Assembly: GCA_041663185.1 (NCBI GenBank)
Contig: JBAZQY010000002.1
Coordinates: 10,629 to 74,628 of the forward strand
DNA from: Minisyncoccota bacterium
GTDB taxonomy: Bacteria; Patescibacteriota; Minisyncoccia; Phycocordibacterales; UBA9973
Reading direction: 5' to 3'
Length of the DNA stretch: 64,000 nucleotides
The notes under the pieces are model-generated. The model was not told where the DNA came from, did no database searches, and worked only from the letters and a program-made list of their open reading frames with translations. This document shows positions 10,241 through 20,772 of the stretch, piece after piece. Numbering within the stretch: the stretch's first letter is position 1; each line of letters begins with the position of its first letter. The position numbers and the translations under genes were made by a program.

Positions 10241-10780
10241 ATGAAAAAATTAGCAACAATATCATTGATTATATTTGGAATTGTAGTAACTGCTGTACTT
10301 TCGGCTGGTTTGGTTTTGTATCAAAACAAAAAAGATAATCAACTTGCTGGCAATCAAACGAGTAGTAAAGTGCTTGATACAATTAATCAACTTACTTCTT
10401 CTGGAAAGAATGTGGTTTTGGATATGGCAGAAATTACAAAACACAACAGACAGAATGATTGCTGGTATTTAATTAATAGCAAAGTTTATAATATCACAAG
10501 TTTTTTTGGATCACATCCAGGGGGAAATGATGTAATGACTTCTCTATGTGGAAAAGATGCGACTGCCGCTTATATGACCAAAGATTCAAACGCAACAAGT
10601 AATGGAAAAAGATCAGCTCACTCATCAGGAGCAGTTGCAATGTTGGCGAATTATTATCTAGGAGATTTTAATCAAATTATTGGTCAACAAAAAATTGCAG
10701 ACACCAATACTGTTGTAGCTCCCTCTGGTAATGGTGGTGAAGATGAAAATGAACAAGAAGATGAATATGAGGATGATTAA
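10241..10780 (+). CDS. Cytochrome b5-like heme-binding protein
   Basis: KHNRQNDCWYLINSKVYNIT, HPGG, CGKDAT, second His in AHS; N-terminal TM. Confidence 0.85.
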   Translation: MKKLATISLIIFGIVVTAVLSAGLVLYQNKKDNQLAGNQTSSKVLDTINQLTSSGKNVVLDMAEITKHNRQNDCWYLINSKVYNITSFFGSHPGGNDVMTSLCGKDATAAYMTKDSNATSNGKRSAHSSGAVAMLANYYLGDFNQIIGQQKIADTNTVVAPSGNGGEDENEQEDEYEDD

Positions 10781-10782
10781 AT

Positions 10783-11472
10783 ATGACTCACCAAGGAAAT
10801 ATTTGGGATAGTGAATATAAAAAACCATTACTTGTGACAAAAAAAGATGGACCACAAGCGGATACCTTGCGGTTTTTGAAGTTTTTAAAAAAAGAAGAAA
10901 AGTATAAAGTAGAAGATAGAACAATTCTTGATCTTGGCTGTGGAACAGGTCGGAATGCAAATTATTTGGCAGGTCTCGGAAATAAAGTTATTGGAATTGA
11001 AATTTCAAAAACTGCTTTGGAAATTGCCCGAGCTCGCGCCCGCGAGCTCGGGCTTCTAGTTGATTACCATCTGGGTGATATCGGAGAACCTTATGATATA
11101 CCTGATGATTATGTTGATATAGTTCTTGATGTCACGAGCTCAAATTCTCTTAATGAAAAAGGTAGAGAAGTTTACTTAAAAGAAACCAATAGGGTATTAA
11201 AGCAAGGTGGGTATTTTTTTGTAAGAGCACTAGCAAAAGATGGAAATAAAAATGTCAAAAATTTACTTAAAAATAGCCCAGGCACAGAATACGATACTTA
11301 TATAATTAAAGAAATAGGCTTAACCGAAAGGGTTTTTTCCAGACAAGATTTTATAAAAATGTATAGTCAATTTTTCAAAATTTTACAACTAGAAAAGAAA
11401 ACAAATTATACGACCTTTAATAATCGTATTTATAAGCGGGATTATTGGCTGGCTTATCTGCAGAAACGATAA
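10783..11472 (+). CDS. Class I SAM-dependent methyltransferase
   Basis: ILDLGCGTGRN motif I, RVLKQGG. Confidence 0.9.
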   Translation: MTHQGNIWDSEYKKPLLVTKKDGPQADTLRFLKFLKKEEKYKVEDRTILDLGCGTGRNANYLAGLGNKVIGIEISKTALEIARARARELGLLVDYHLGDIGEPYDIPDDYVDIVLDVTSSNSLNEKGREVYLKETNRVLKQGGYFFVRALAKDGNKNVKNLLKNSPGTEYDTYIIKEIGLTERVFSRQDFIKMYSQFFKILQLEKKTNYTTFNNRIYKRDYWLAYLQKR

Positions 11473-11488
11473 ATGCTATAATTAAAAG

Positions 11489-12346
11489 ATGGTTATCAAT
11501 ATTGGCGTGTTTGACTCGGGGGTTGGGGGATTATGGATACTGAAATATCTTCGAGAAAAATTACCAGAATACAACTACATATTTTTAGGAGATCAAGCTC
11601 ATGTGCCGTATGGCTCAAGGTCTCAACAGGAGATTCAAATATTTTCAGAAGAAATTTCAAAGTTTTTAATCAGTAAAGATTGCCAATTAATCGTAGTGGC
11701 TTGTAATACGGCTTCTGGGGCATCACTGAAATATCTACGTGAGAAATTTCCACAAATTCCTTTTGTTGGAATGGAGCCAGCCATAAAGCCAGCAGTTGAG
11801 GTAACAGAAACTGGTAAGGTGGGAGTACTGGCTACACCAGCGACATTTGAAGGTGAACTCTATAATTCTGTTGTGGAAAGATTTTCTCACGGCGTCGAAT
11901 TATTTCAAAATACTTGTTCTGGGTTAGTTGAAGAAATAGAAAAAGGGGAATTGGATTCAAAAGAAACAAAAAATATATTAGAAAAGGCTCTCCGGCCAAT
12001 GCTTGAAAAGGGGATTGATACTGTTGTTCTTGGTTGTACACATTACCCATTTGTAATTCCGGTGATAAAAGAAATTGTTGGAGAAAAAATTAAGGTTATT
12101 GACCCAACCCCGGCAATTACTCGCCAAGTTGGGAAGATTTTAGATGATATAGAATTAGATGAGATAGAGCAAGGTGAACTAGATCTAGCGGACGAACTTT
12201 CTGAAGATGAAATTAAAAAAGGAATTACTGAAATATATACCTCCGGTGATAAAGAAAAAATGGAATTATTATTACCAGAATTATTGGGGGAAGGGATTAA
12301 TGTAAAAAAAATAGATTGGGAAAATGATTTAAAATTATTATATTAA
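11489..12346 (+). CDS. murI: Glutamate racemase
   Basis: FDSGVGG, VACNTAS, LGCTHYP. Confidence 0.95.
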   Translation: MVINIGVFDSGVGGLWILKYLREKLPEYNYIFLGDQAHVPYGSRSQQEIQIFSEEISKFLISKDCQLIVVACNTASGASLKYLREKFPQIPFVGMEPAIKPAVEVTETGKVGVLATPATFEGELYNSVVERFSHGVELFQNTCSGLVEEIEKGELDSKETKNILEKALRPMLEKGIDTVVLGCTHYPFVIPVIKEIVGEKIKVIDPTPAITRQVGKILDDIELDEIEQGELDLADELSEDEIKKGITEIYTSGDKEKMELLLPELLGEGINVKKIDWENDLKLLY

Positions 12347-12355
12347 AATAAAAAA

Positions 12356-15331
12356 ATGGGTAACTTACCACAAGAATTTGAAAAAGCATACAAGGGATTA
12401 AATAAAGCCCAGAAAGAAGCGGTGGACTTAATTGATGGTCCAGTAATGGTTATTGCTGGGCCGGGAACAGGCAAGACTCAAATTTTATCACTTCGAATTG
12501 CTAATATTTTAAAAAAGACTGACACAGGAGCCGATGGTATTTTGTGCCTGACTTTTACAAATTCAGCAGTTAGAGCAATGCATGATAGATTACATAAATA
12601 TATTGGCGGTGATGCTTCTCGTGTTGATGTGCTAACTTTCCATAAATTTTCTGCACAGATAATTGAAAAATTTTATTCAGTTATTGATTTTGATGTGGCA
12701 CCTAGGGTGCTTGAAGATGCTGAGAGTGTGTCTATCTGTGATCAGATATTACGTGAAAATGATTGGACTCATATTCGACCACGAGGTGATATCGGGAGAT
12801 ATTTTAAAGAATTAAAATCTCTTATTTCTTTACTCAAGAGAGAAAGGCTAACTCCAGAAGATTTTATGATTGAAATTGAAAGTGAAATTAAAAATATTAA
12901 AGAAAATCCTGATAATATTTCGACACGTGGTGAAAGTAAGGGGAAAATGAAAAAAGAATTTTTAAGTAAAATTGAAAGTCTAGAGCGGACCAAAGAAATT
13001 GTTACTTTTTATGAGCTGTATGAAAAGAAAAAAAGAGAAGATGATTTAATGGATCATGATGATACGATAAAGTACGCCCTGCTAATCGTTGAAAATTCTG
13101 AAGAGGCTCGAGCAGAAATTCGAGAAAAATACTTGTATGTTTTAATTGATGAACATCAGGATTCAAGTGGATCTCAAAATGATTTATTAAAAGCTATTTG
13201 GAAAAAAGTTGAAAAACCAAATATTTTTGCAGTTGGTGATGATCGTCAACTTATTTACGCTTTTGGCGGAGCGAAGATGTCTCATTTTGAAGAATTTAAG
13301 AGTATGTTTGGTAAAGCCAAAATAATATTCTTGACTGACAATTATCGTTCGACAGAGAATATTCTAAATACAGCCGATGCATTACTTTCGAGTTCATTTT
13401 CTAATGAGAAGTTAGTAGCAACCCTAAAGGAAAATCATAATTTGAAATTAATAGAATGCGATTATCCACGGGAGGAAATAATTGCTTGTGGACTTGCAAT
13501 TAAAGACAAATTAGAAAAAAATGAAATTGATATAAATGATTGTGCGATTCTGGTTCCTAAAAATAGACAAGTAGTCTCAGCTATTCGAGTTTTACAAGAT
13601 ATGGGGATCAAGGTTGCTCGAGTCCAAAATCTATCTTTATTTGAGACAGATGAATTTATGACGATGTTGCGAGTTTTAAAAATTTGCACAAATAGTAATG
13701 ATTCGGTTTCAATTGCTGAATTAATTATTGATCCAATAATAGGTATCCCAATCCTTTTGGCTCATGAATTCCTGTATAACAAGCATGGGAAAAATATTAA
13801 TTTACAAAATTTACTTTCTGAGCAAGATGATCTTTTTAACAAAAATATAGAAATAAAAAATTTAATAGAAAAATTACACAACCTGGTTATTAATTCATCT
13901 GGTGTTGATGTTTATGGGTTAATTCAAATGGTAGGCGATGAAGTATTAATTAAACAAGCGAAAGATCACGAGGAACTTATCAGGCGGATTGAAGTTGTTC
14001 GGAGTTTCCTTCATTTGGCGCTTTCGTATTCTGAAAAAGATAAAAAAAATACTCTTTCGGAATTTGTTGCTTTCATTGAGCGTTTACAAGATTACGGAGA
14101 AGATATTCCACTGGCGGTATTTCAAAGTGATGAGGGAGTGAAAGTTATGACATTGCACGGGTCTAAGGGTTTGGAATTTGATTTTGTTTGGATTGCTCAT
14201 TTAGATGAAAATGGAGTAATGAAGGGTCGCCGTAGAAATTTTAAACTTCCAGAATCGATTGCTGAGAGAGTGGAAGAGAAAGATGAATTGGCTGCTAAAA
14301 GAGAGCTGTATGTAGCGATAACTAGAGCAAAGAGATTCTGCACTTTGTCATATTCAAGGTTTTCATATAATGGGCAGAATCAAGAATTGGCTAGGATTGT
14401 AGCAGATTTGTCATCTCAGAATAATCTTTTTGAGCAGTCTTCATTTTCTGAAACAGAAAGTAATATTTTGAAAAATGATCCAAAGGCGTATGTTATTTCA
14501 GAGAAGATAGAAGAAAATGTTAATGTCTTGGAAGAATTAAAAAAGATGGTTGCTAAAGAATATACCGAAGCAAATGTTTCAGTCTCACTACTAAATAACT
14601 TTTTTGAATGTCCACGAAAATGGTATTTTAGAAATTTATTAAAATTGCCAGAGCCCAAAAGTGAAAGTTTGGAATTTGGTAATTTGATTCATGGTGCTAT
14701 TGATAAAATATTGAAATCTAAAAAAATTCCATCAGGGAAAGATATTGAAGATTTAGTAGTAGGAGACAAACAAGCTATTAAAATTATTTCCCGATGGGTA
14801 GAAAATAGATTACCCAACATAAGCGAGAATAGAGAAAATGAAAAAAGTGTCCCCATTCATGATGATTTATTTCCACACTTAAAAATTTATGGAAAAATAG
14901 ATTTAGTTGAAGAATTATCACCTAAAGATGTCAGAGTAACTGATTTTAAAACGGGTAGCCCAAGGAAAAAATCAGATATTGAGAGGATGGATGAAGACCC
15001 GGCCTTCTTCCAAGAATTCGGCGAGGCAAGAGGACGTATGAGTGATTATATGCGTCAACTTGCGATGTATTCATATTTATTAACAAAAAGTAAACAATCA
15101 GTAAATGTTCAAGAATCTAGATTAGAATTTCTGGAAGCAAAAGATGAAAAAGAAACTTTTTACGATACAGTAATTGGTAAAGAAAAAATTGATTTATTGA
15201 TTAATGATATCAAAGACTATGATAATTTAGTTAAAGGCGGAGAATGGTTTAATAGACCATGTAATTTTAAAACTTACGGGAAAATTGGGGCTGAGTGTGA
15301 ATATTGTAAAATGGCAGAGATATATAAATAA
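12356..15331 (+). CDS. UvrD/PcrA-family helicase fused to a C-terminal PD-(D/E)XK nuclease with Fe-S Cys pattern (AddA/AdnAB-like)
   Basis: AGPGTGKT, DEHQD, HGSKGLEF, YVAITRA; CPRKWY, GKIDLV, DFKTG, terminal C..CEYC. Confidence 0.88.
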   Translation: MGNLPQEFEKAYKGLNKAQKEAVDLIDGPVMVIAGPGTGKTQILSLRIANILKKTDTGADGILCLTFTNSAVRAMHDRLHKYIGGDASRVDVLTFHKFSAQIIEKFYSVIDFDVAPRVLEDAESVSICDQILRENDWTHIRPRGDIGRYFKELKSLISLLKRERLTPEDFMIEIESEIKNIKENPDNISTRGESKGKMKKEFLSKIESLERTKEIVTFYELYEKKKREDDLMDHDDTIKYALLIVENSEEARAEIREKYLYVLIDEHQDSSGSQNDLLKAIWKKVEKPNIFAVGDDRQLIYAFGGAKMSHFEEFKSMFGKAKIIFLTDNYRSTENILNTADALLSSSFSNEKLVATLKENHNLKLIECDYPREEIIACGLAIKDKLEKNEIDINDCAILVPKNRQVVSAIRVLQDMGIKVARVQNLSLFETDEFMTMLRVLKICTNSNDSVSIAELIIDPIIGIPILLAHEFLYNKHGKNINLQNLLSEQDDLFNKNIEIKNLIEKLHNLVINSSGVDVYGLIQMVGDEVLIKQAKDHEELIRRIEVVRSFLHLALSYSEKDKKNTLSEFVAFIERLQDYGEDIPLAVFQSDEGVKVMTLHGSKGLEFDFVWIAHLDENGVMKGRRRNFKLPESIAERVEEKDELAAKRELYVAITRAKRFCTLSYSRFSYNGQNQELARIVADLSSQNNLFEQSSFSETESNILKNDPKAYVISEKIEENVNVLEELKKMVAKEYTEANVSVSLLNNFFECPRKWYFRNLLKLPEPKSESLEFGNLIHGAIDKILKSKKIPSGKDIEDLVVGDKQAIKIISRWVENRLPNISENRENEKSVPIHDDLFPHLKIYGKIDLVEELSPKDVRVTDFKTGSPRKKSDIERMDEDPAFFQEFGEARGRMSDYMRQLAMYSYLLTKSKQSVNVQESRLEFLEAKDEKETFYDTVIGKEKIDLLINDIKDYDNLVKGGEWFNRPCNFKTYGKIGAECEYCKMAEIYK
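14998..15030 (+). repeat. 33-bp GC-rich in-frame mini-insertion (CCCG...GCGAGGCAAG)
   Basis: Same ends as 54476-54505; removing it leaves the frame intact (DEEGRMS). Confidence 0.6.
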
Positions 15332-15390
15332 AAGATAATTTATAAAAATATAACATTTGAAAAAAGTTACAAAAATGTTATATTTTATAT

Positions 15391-16104
15391 ATGGAAGAAG
15401 AGAAACAAAAAGGAAAAGAACACCCGCTTGGAATAGTGATCAATGACGCAGTCAAGATTTTTTCTGATCTTGGTTTTGAAGTAGCGACAGGGCCAGAACT
15501 CGAAGACGAATGGCATAATTTTGATGCCTTAAATGTTCCAGCGGATCATCCGGCTCGTGACATGCAAGATACTTTTTGGATAAAAAATAAACCAGGATAT
15601 GTTTTACGGACTCATACTTCACCAGTCCAAATTAGATTTATGGAAAATTTAGTGAAATCGGGAGGTAAGCCACCATTTGCGATTATTGCTCCCGGAAAAG
15701 TTTTTCGTAATGAAGCGACCGATGCAGGGCACGAAATGCAATTTTATCAATTGGAAGGTTTAATGATTGGAGAAGATATTTCAGTTGCAAATTTAAAAGG
15801 AATTTTATTTGAATTCTTCAAAAGATTTTTTGGTGAAGAAAAAGTTGGCATTCGACTTCGTCCAAGTTTTTTTCCATTCGTTGAACCAGGATTTGAAGTT
15901 GATTTGAAAAAAGGAGATAAATGGTTTGAACTCTTGGGAGCTGGTATGGTGCATCCGAAAGTTCTTGAAAATTGTGGGATTGATTCAAAAAAATACCAAG
16001 GTTTTGCTTTTGGCGTCGGGCTTGACCGACTGATGATGATGAAATACAAAGTTCCAGACATACGATTAGTTTATCAAGGAGACTTAAGATTAAATCAATT
16101 TTAA
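15391..16104 (+). CDS. pheS: Phenylalanine-tRNA ligase alpha subunit (short form)
   Basis: [36 protein letters not shown]. Confidence 0.95.
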   Translation: MEEEKQKGKEHPLGIVINDAVKIFSDLGFEVATGPELEDEWHNFDALNVPADHPARDMQDTFWIKNKPGYVLRTHTSPVQIRFMENLVKSGGKPPFAIIAPGKVFRNEATDAGHEMQFYQLEGLMIGEDISVANLKGILFEFFKRFFGEEKVGIRLRPSFFPFVEPGFEVDLKKGDKWFELLGAGMVHPKVLENCGIDSKKYQGFAFGVGLDRLMMMKYKVPDIRLVYQGDLRLNQF

Positions 16105-16107
16105 TTT

Positions 16108-17895
16108 ATGTTAATTTCTTATAAATGGTTAAAAAGTTATGTTCCCGATTTACCTTCACCTGAAAAATTGGCGGATATTTTTAATTTTCATATTTGTGAA
16201 GTAGAAGAGGTAAAAAATGTCGGAGAAGATACAATTTTTGATATTAAAATTTTGCCAGACCGAGCGCATGATTTACTCTCTCACAGGGGAGTGGCTCGTG
16301 ACTTGGCTGGAATTTTGGGATTAAAATATAATGATATCAATTATCCGAAAATTGAAGGAGAAAAGACAAATCTCGAAATCAAAATTGAGACGGAAAATTG
16401 TCGCAGATATATTGGGCGAATTGTGCAGAATGTTAAAGTTGAACAATCGCCTAATTGGGTCAAAGAACATTTGGCTTCTGTGGGCCAAAGATCAATCAAT
16501 AATCTTGTCGATGCTACCAATATCGTAATGTTTGACAGAGGAAATCCGACCCATATTTTTGATTTGGAAAAAGTCCATGGAAAAATAATAATTCGTCAGG
16601 CTCATAAGGGAGAAAAGATGATGACTTTAGATAATAAAGAAGTGGAACTCAGGGATTCCGATATGGTGATTGCCGATGAGAAAAATATTTTGGCTCTTGC
16701 CGGAATAAAAGGCGGAAAAATTGCCGAAGTGGATGAAAATACCAAGAACATAATTATTGAAGTCGCAAATTTTAATCCGACGAGTGTCAGGAGAACTGCA
16801 CGCGCAATAAATATTTATACTGATGCCGTTAAAAGATTTGAAAATGATTTATCTCCCCTTATGGCAGATTCTTCGATGAATGATATGTCGGCTCTGATAA
16901 AAGAAATGTGTCCCGAGGCTATTTTCGAAGAGATGATAGATCAATATAGAGAGAAACAGGAACAGAAAAAACTTTCTTTTTCAATAGAAAAGATTTCAAA
17001 AATATTAGGAATGAATCTTTCAATTTCCGAAGTAAAAAAAGTTTTGGACAATTTCGATTTTGAATACAAAAACAATGAAAATAATTTCGAAGTTGTTATT
17101 CCTTTTGCGCGATTGGATTTGAATATAGAAGAAGATATGGCTGAAGAAATAGGCCGAGCAATTGGTTATGACAAGATTAATGCCGAGTTGCCGAAAATTA
17201 AAAAAGTTGTGCGAGTTGATGAGACCTTCTATAAAATTCTTTGGACACGTAATAAATTGCTCGAGGATGGTTACTCTGAAGTTATGAACTACGCATTTTG
17301 TGATAAGGGGGAAGTAGAAGTATTGGCTTCGGCATCTGATAAAAAATTTCTCAGGACAAATCTAAAAAATGGGATAGAAGAAAGTATCAAACTTAATCAA
17401 TTAAATTTACCGCTGTTGGGAGCAGATGAAGTGAAAATTTTTGAAGTTGGAACTGTTTTTCATAAACATGGGGAAGTTATCCATGTCTGTTATGGAGATA
17501 AGAAAAATATTACTGAAGTAACCCTTGATGAATTTTGTCGTGATATACCAATGACTGAGCTAGATGCTCTTTTAGAAAAACTAAACAGCAAAGATCAAGA
17601 ATTAAAAATTTTTGAATCATGGTCGGTTTACCCATTTATCACTCGAGACATTGCTGTCTGGGTTCCCGAGGGGACAAAACCAGAAAAACTTGTCCAAGTT
17701 TATAAAGATTTTGGAACTGAACTTCTAATTAAGGAACCAAGATTGTTTGATTCATTCACTAAAGATAAAAAAACATCCTTCGCTTATCGTTTAGTGTTCC
17801 AAGCGATTGATCGAACTCTGACTGATGACGAAATTAATCAAATTATGTCAAAAATTACCCAAAAAATCGTGTCTTTAGGATGGCAAGTTAGATAG
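16108..17895 (+). CDS. pheT: Phenylalanine-tRNA ligase beta subunit (short form)
   Basis: MLISYKWL, PDRAHDLLSHRGVAR, EEIGRAIGYD, C-terminal RDIA...RTLTDDE domain. Confidence 0.92.
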   Translation: MLISYKWLKSYVPDLPSPEKLADIFNFHICEVEEVKNVGEDTIFDIKILPDRAHDLLSHRGVARDLAGILGLKYNDINYPKIEGEKTNLEIKIETENCRRYIGRIVQNVKVEQSPNWVKEHLASVGQRSINNLVDATNIVMFDRGNPTHIFDLEKVHGKIIIRQAHKGEKMMTLDNKEVELRDSDMVIADEKNILALAGIKGGKIAEVDENTKNIIIEVANFNPTSVRRTARAINIYTDAVKRFENDLSPLMADSSMNDMSALIKEMCPEAIFEEMIDQYREKQEQKKLSFSIEKISKILGMNLSISEVKKVLDNFDFEYKNNENNFEVVIPFARLDLNIEEDMAEEIGRAIGYDKINAELPKIKKVVRVDETFYKILWTRNKLLEDGYSEVMNYAFCDKGEVEVLASASDKKFLRTNLKNGIEESIKLNQLNLPLLGADEVKIFEVGTVFHKHGEVIHVCYGDKKNITEVTLDEFCRDIPMTELDALLEKLNSKDQELKIFESWSVYPFITRDIAVWVPEGTKPEKLVQVYKDFGTELLIKEPRLFDSFTKDKKTSFAYRLVFQAIDRTLTDDEINQIMSKITQKIVSLGWQVR

Positions 17896-17911
17896 ATAAA
17901 AATTTCTTGTG

Positions 17912-17920
17912 TTATCCACA
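17912..17920 (+). promoter_or_regulatory. Perfect DnaA box TTATCCACA
   Basis: Exact consensus, intergenic. Confidence 0.55.
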
Positions 17921-17922
17921 GA

Positions 17923-17958
17923 AAAACGTTAAATAACTACAATTATTTAACGTTTTTT
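17923..17958 (+). terminator. Intrinsic terminator after pheT
   Basis: AAAAACGTTAAATAA/TTATTTAACGTTTTT inverted repeat with T tail. Confidence 0.65.
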
Positions 17959-17991
17959 GTTTGTTGATATGATATAATATAGTTGTATATT

Positions 17992-20751
17992 ATGCGTGAA
18001 AATAACTACCAAAAGTATATTCAATTTCTAAAAAAAGTTTTAATAAAACTTCGACCTAGATTTTCTTTCCACTACATTGCATATACAACTTTATTTACTC
18101 TTATTATTTTTTCTGTTATTCAATTAGTTTCCGCAACTACTCCAAACCCAGGGCATCCATGGAGTGAACTTGGTGATGGGGTTTTTGTCTTTACAAATAG
18201 CCAAACAGTCACTCCGTATACTTATACATTTCCAGCGGCAAACTCCACAGTTCTGACGACTAATGCGGCAGTGACCGTTGGACAAGGAGGAACTGGGCTT
18301 AATACCATTGCTTCAGGATCAATTTTGGCAGCTAATGCACTCGATACACTTTCAGCGATCACCTCAACAACTGGCACAAAAGTTTTGAAAAATACTGCGG
18401 GCACAATAAGTTGGGAGACAGATAATGGAATGGTTTACCCTGGTGCTGGCATTCCAAATTCCACCGGCAGTGCCTGGGGAACTTCATACTCAACTACAGG
18501 CACAGGCACAGTCGTTGCACTTGCAACTTCACCATCATTTACTACGCCATCACTTGGAGTAGCTTCTGGTACGTCAATTGATTTAGGTACAACAACTCTT
18601 CTCGGTTCTCGAGCTTTAACTGTTGATACTGGTGGAGTATTTAATATTAATATGGGAACGGCAGCAGGAGATGATTTTACTGTTGATACTGATTCACTAG
18701 TCGTAGAGGGGGATACGGGGAGAGTTGGAATTGGAATAAGTACTCCGGCATCTATCTTGGATATTCGCCCCAATACTGGATTAACAGATGTAGGTTTGAA
18801 TGTTCGCCAAACTTATACAGATGCTGGAAGCGGAAATTTTCAAACAGTCCTTAGAACTGAAGACCGAAATGGAACTGCTACTCTCTCTGTGGATTCAAGA
18901 GGACAGGATGGTGCTACTAAATTATCAACCGGAGGAGCTTGGTCAACTTTTGCAGCAGCAGATGCTATTGGTTATAGATATTTAACAAGTAGTAGTGGCG
19001 CTCAGGGAATGCAGGCCAAATATATATTAGTTGGCCCTACTTATTCAAGTGATATTTCAACTCTATCAGCAGGTGGAATATACGGAGGAATGATAGCAAG
19101 TAAAAATCTTTTACTGGAAAGTACTTCACATGCTACTAAAGGGTATGTCCTAATTCAATCAGGAGGAGGAAATACTGGTGTGGGAGGGATATCCACTCCT
19201 ACTGCTCGTCTTCATCTTCCTGCCGGTGCCTTCACTGTCTCGGCCGCACCTCTTAAATTTACTGCTGGCACAAACTTATTGACAGCTGAAGCCGGAGCGA
19301 TGGAATGGGATGGAACAAATCTTTTCATCACTCAAACAACAGGACCAACGAGAAAAAGAATTGCGTATGGCTCAGGAACTGCTAATGAAATTCCTTATTG
19401 GGTGGATTCAAGTACTCTTGGAACTTTGACAACTGCAACTTATCCATCCTTGACGGAACTTTCTTATGTCAAAGGTACAACAAGTGCAATTCAAACTCAA
19501 TTTACTGGCAAAGCAAATACAGCTCTTTCAAACTTGGCTTCAGTTGCGATAAATACATCTTTAGTTTCTGATACTAACAGCACAGATGACTTAGGAAGTT
19601 CATCAGTCTATTGGGCAAACACTTATACAAATACAATTTATGTGAACGCAACAAAAATTGGTGGAACAGCAGTTAGAGGCACAACCGAAGGTACAAATCA
19701 TTTAGATATTTTTGATGGCACGGCACCTGTGGGAACACTGACCAATGGAATATCACTTTATTCTACAGCCGGAGAACTTCGAGTTATGGATGCGGCCGGC
19801 AATGCGACGTTGTTATCGCCACACGAAAATATAAATAACTATTGGGTCTTTGATTCGACTAATCAAGGTACAGGAAAAAGTTTAGTTATAGATATGGAAT
19901 TGATGATGAAAAAATTAAATGAAACTTTTGGTTGGGATTTTGTTCATGAGACTCAAGATGGAATATCAATTGATACTTTAATGGCAGGTCTTGAAACAAA
20001 TATTGTTACTGATACATTTGAAGCCAATGGAGAAGTTACTTTCAATGGACTTGCATTCTTTAATGAAAATGTAAATTTTGCCAAAGGTATAAAATTCAGT
20101 GATGTTGCAGAATTTGAAGTTCCGCCACTTTTCAACAATGATACAGCCGGTTTTGCCATAATTAAAGAAGGGGCTAAATCAGTGCAAGTTTCTTTTGAAA
20201 ATCCATATTTAACGACACCGGTTGTCGCAACCAATATAACTTTTGAAAAAAATGAAGATATAGAATTTAATAGTGAAGACTTTTTCAATCAAGATGTTGA
20301 ATCGGTGGTGATGGATAAAGATCAAGAAGGTTTTACTATCGCCCTTAATCAACCGGCGCCAGTTGATATAAATTTTTCTTGGGTTGCCCTGGCAGTTAAA
20401 GATGTCAAAGTTTATGAAAGCGCGATTGAAGGTTTAGTGATTGAAGATATTGATACTGGTGGAGGAGATACGACAGAAGATACTATTAGTGATATAATTG
20501 AGGATACAACTGATGTGACTGATATCACAACTGATGATACTATTGTCGATACAACAGAAATTATCACGGAAGAAATTATTGAAGATAATACTGATATTAC
20601 AACCGAAGAAATTATCGAAGATAATACTGACACGACAACAGAAGAAATTATTGAAACAACAGAAGAAACAACTGATATTACTACTGATCAAATAGTTGAG
20701 ACAATTTCGAGTTCCGAAGCGACAATTTCTTCCGAAACATCAACTGAATAA
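17992..20751 (+). CDS. Large Thr/Gly/Ser-rich surface protein (fibre/adhesin-like) with acidic C-terminal repeats
   Basis: N-terminal TM/signal, GRVGIG-type beta-rich repeats, D/E/T-rich tail; ATG 17992 preferred over TTG 17983. Confidence 0.7.
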   Translation: MRENNYQKYIQFLKKVLIKLRPRFSFHYIAYTTLFTLIIFSVIQLVSATTPNPGHPWSELGDGVFVFTNSQTVTPYTYTFPAANSTVLTTNAAVTVGQGGTGLNTIASGSILAANALDTLSAITSTTGTKVLKNTAGTISWETDNGMVYPGAGIPNSTGSAWGTSYSTTGTGTVVALATSPSFTTPSLGVASGTSIDLGTTTLLGSRALTVDTGGVFNINMGTAAGDDFTVDTDSLVVEGDTGRVGIGISTPASILDIRPNTGLTDVGLNVRQTYTDAGSGNFQTVLRTEDRNGTATLSVDSRGQDGATKLSTGGAWSTFAAADAIGYRYLTSSSGAQGMQAKYILVGPTYSSDISTLSAGGIYGGMIASKNLLLESTSHATKGYVLIQSGGGNTGVGGISTPTARLHLPAGAFTVSAAPLKFTAGTNLLTAEAGAMEWDGTNLFITQTTGPTRKRIAYGSGTANEIPYWVDSSTLGTLTTATYPSLTELSYVKGTTSAIQTQFTGKANTALSNLASVAINTSLVSDTNSTDDLGSSSVYWANTYTNTIYVNATKIGGTAVRGTTEGTNHLDIFDGTAPVGTLTNGISLYSTAGELRVMDAAGNATLLSPHENINNYWVFDSTNQGTGKSLVIDMELMMKKLNETFGWDFVHETQDGISIDTLMAGLETNIVTDTFEANGEVTFNGLAFFNENVNFAKGIKFSDVAEFEVPPLFNNDTAGFAIIKEGAKSVQVSFENPYLTTPVVATNITFEKNEDIEFNSEDFFNQDVESVVMDKDQEGFTIALNQPAPVDINFSWVALAVKDVKVYESAIEGLVIEDIDTGGGDTTEDTISDIIEDTTDVTDITTDDTIVDTTEIITEEIIEDNTDITTEEIIEDNTDTTTEEIIETTEETTDITTDQIVETISSSEATISSETSTE
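20566..20655 (+). repeat. 36-bp coding tandem repeat, about 2.5 copies (TEEIIEDNTDxT)
   Basis: Units 20566-20601, 20602-20637, partial 20638-20655. Confidence 0.85.
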
Positions 20752-20772
20752 TTTTTTAAAAATAAAAATTTT

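Noticed and set aside
17900-17990. Replication origin
   Set aside because: Single DnaA box, no box cluster, no dnaA/dnaN nearby
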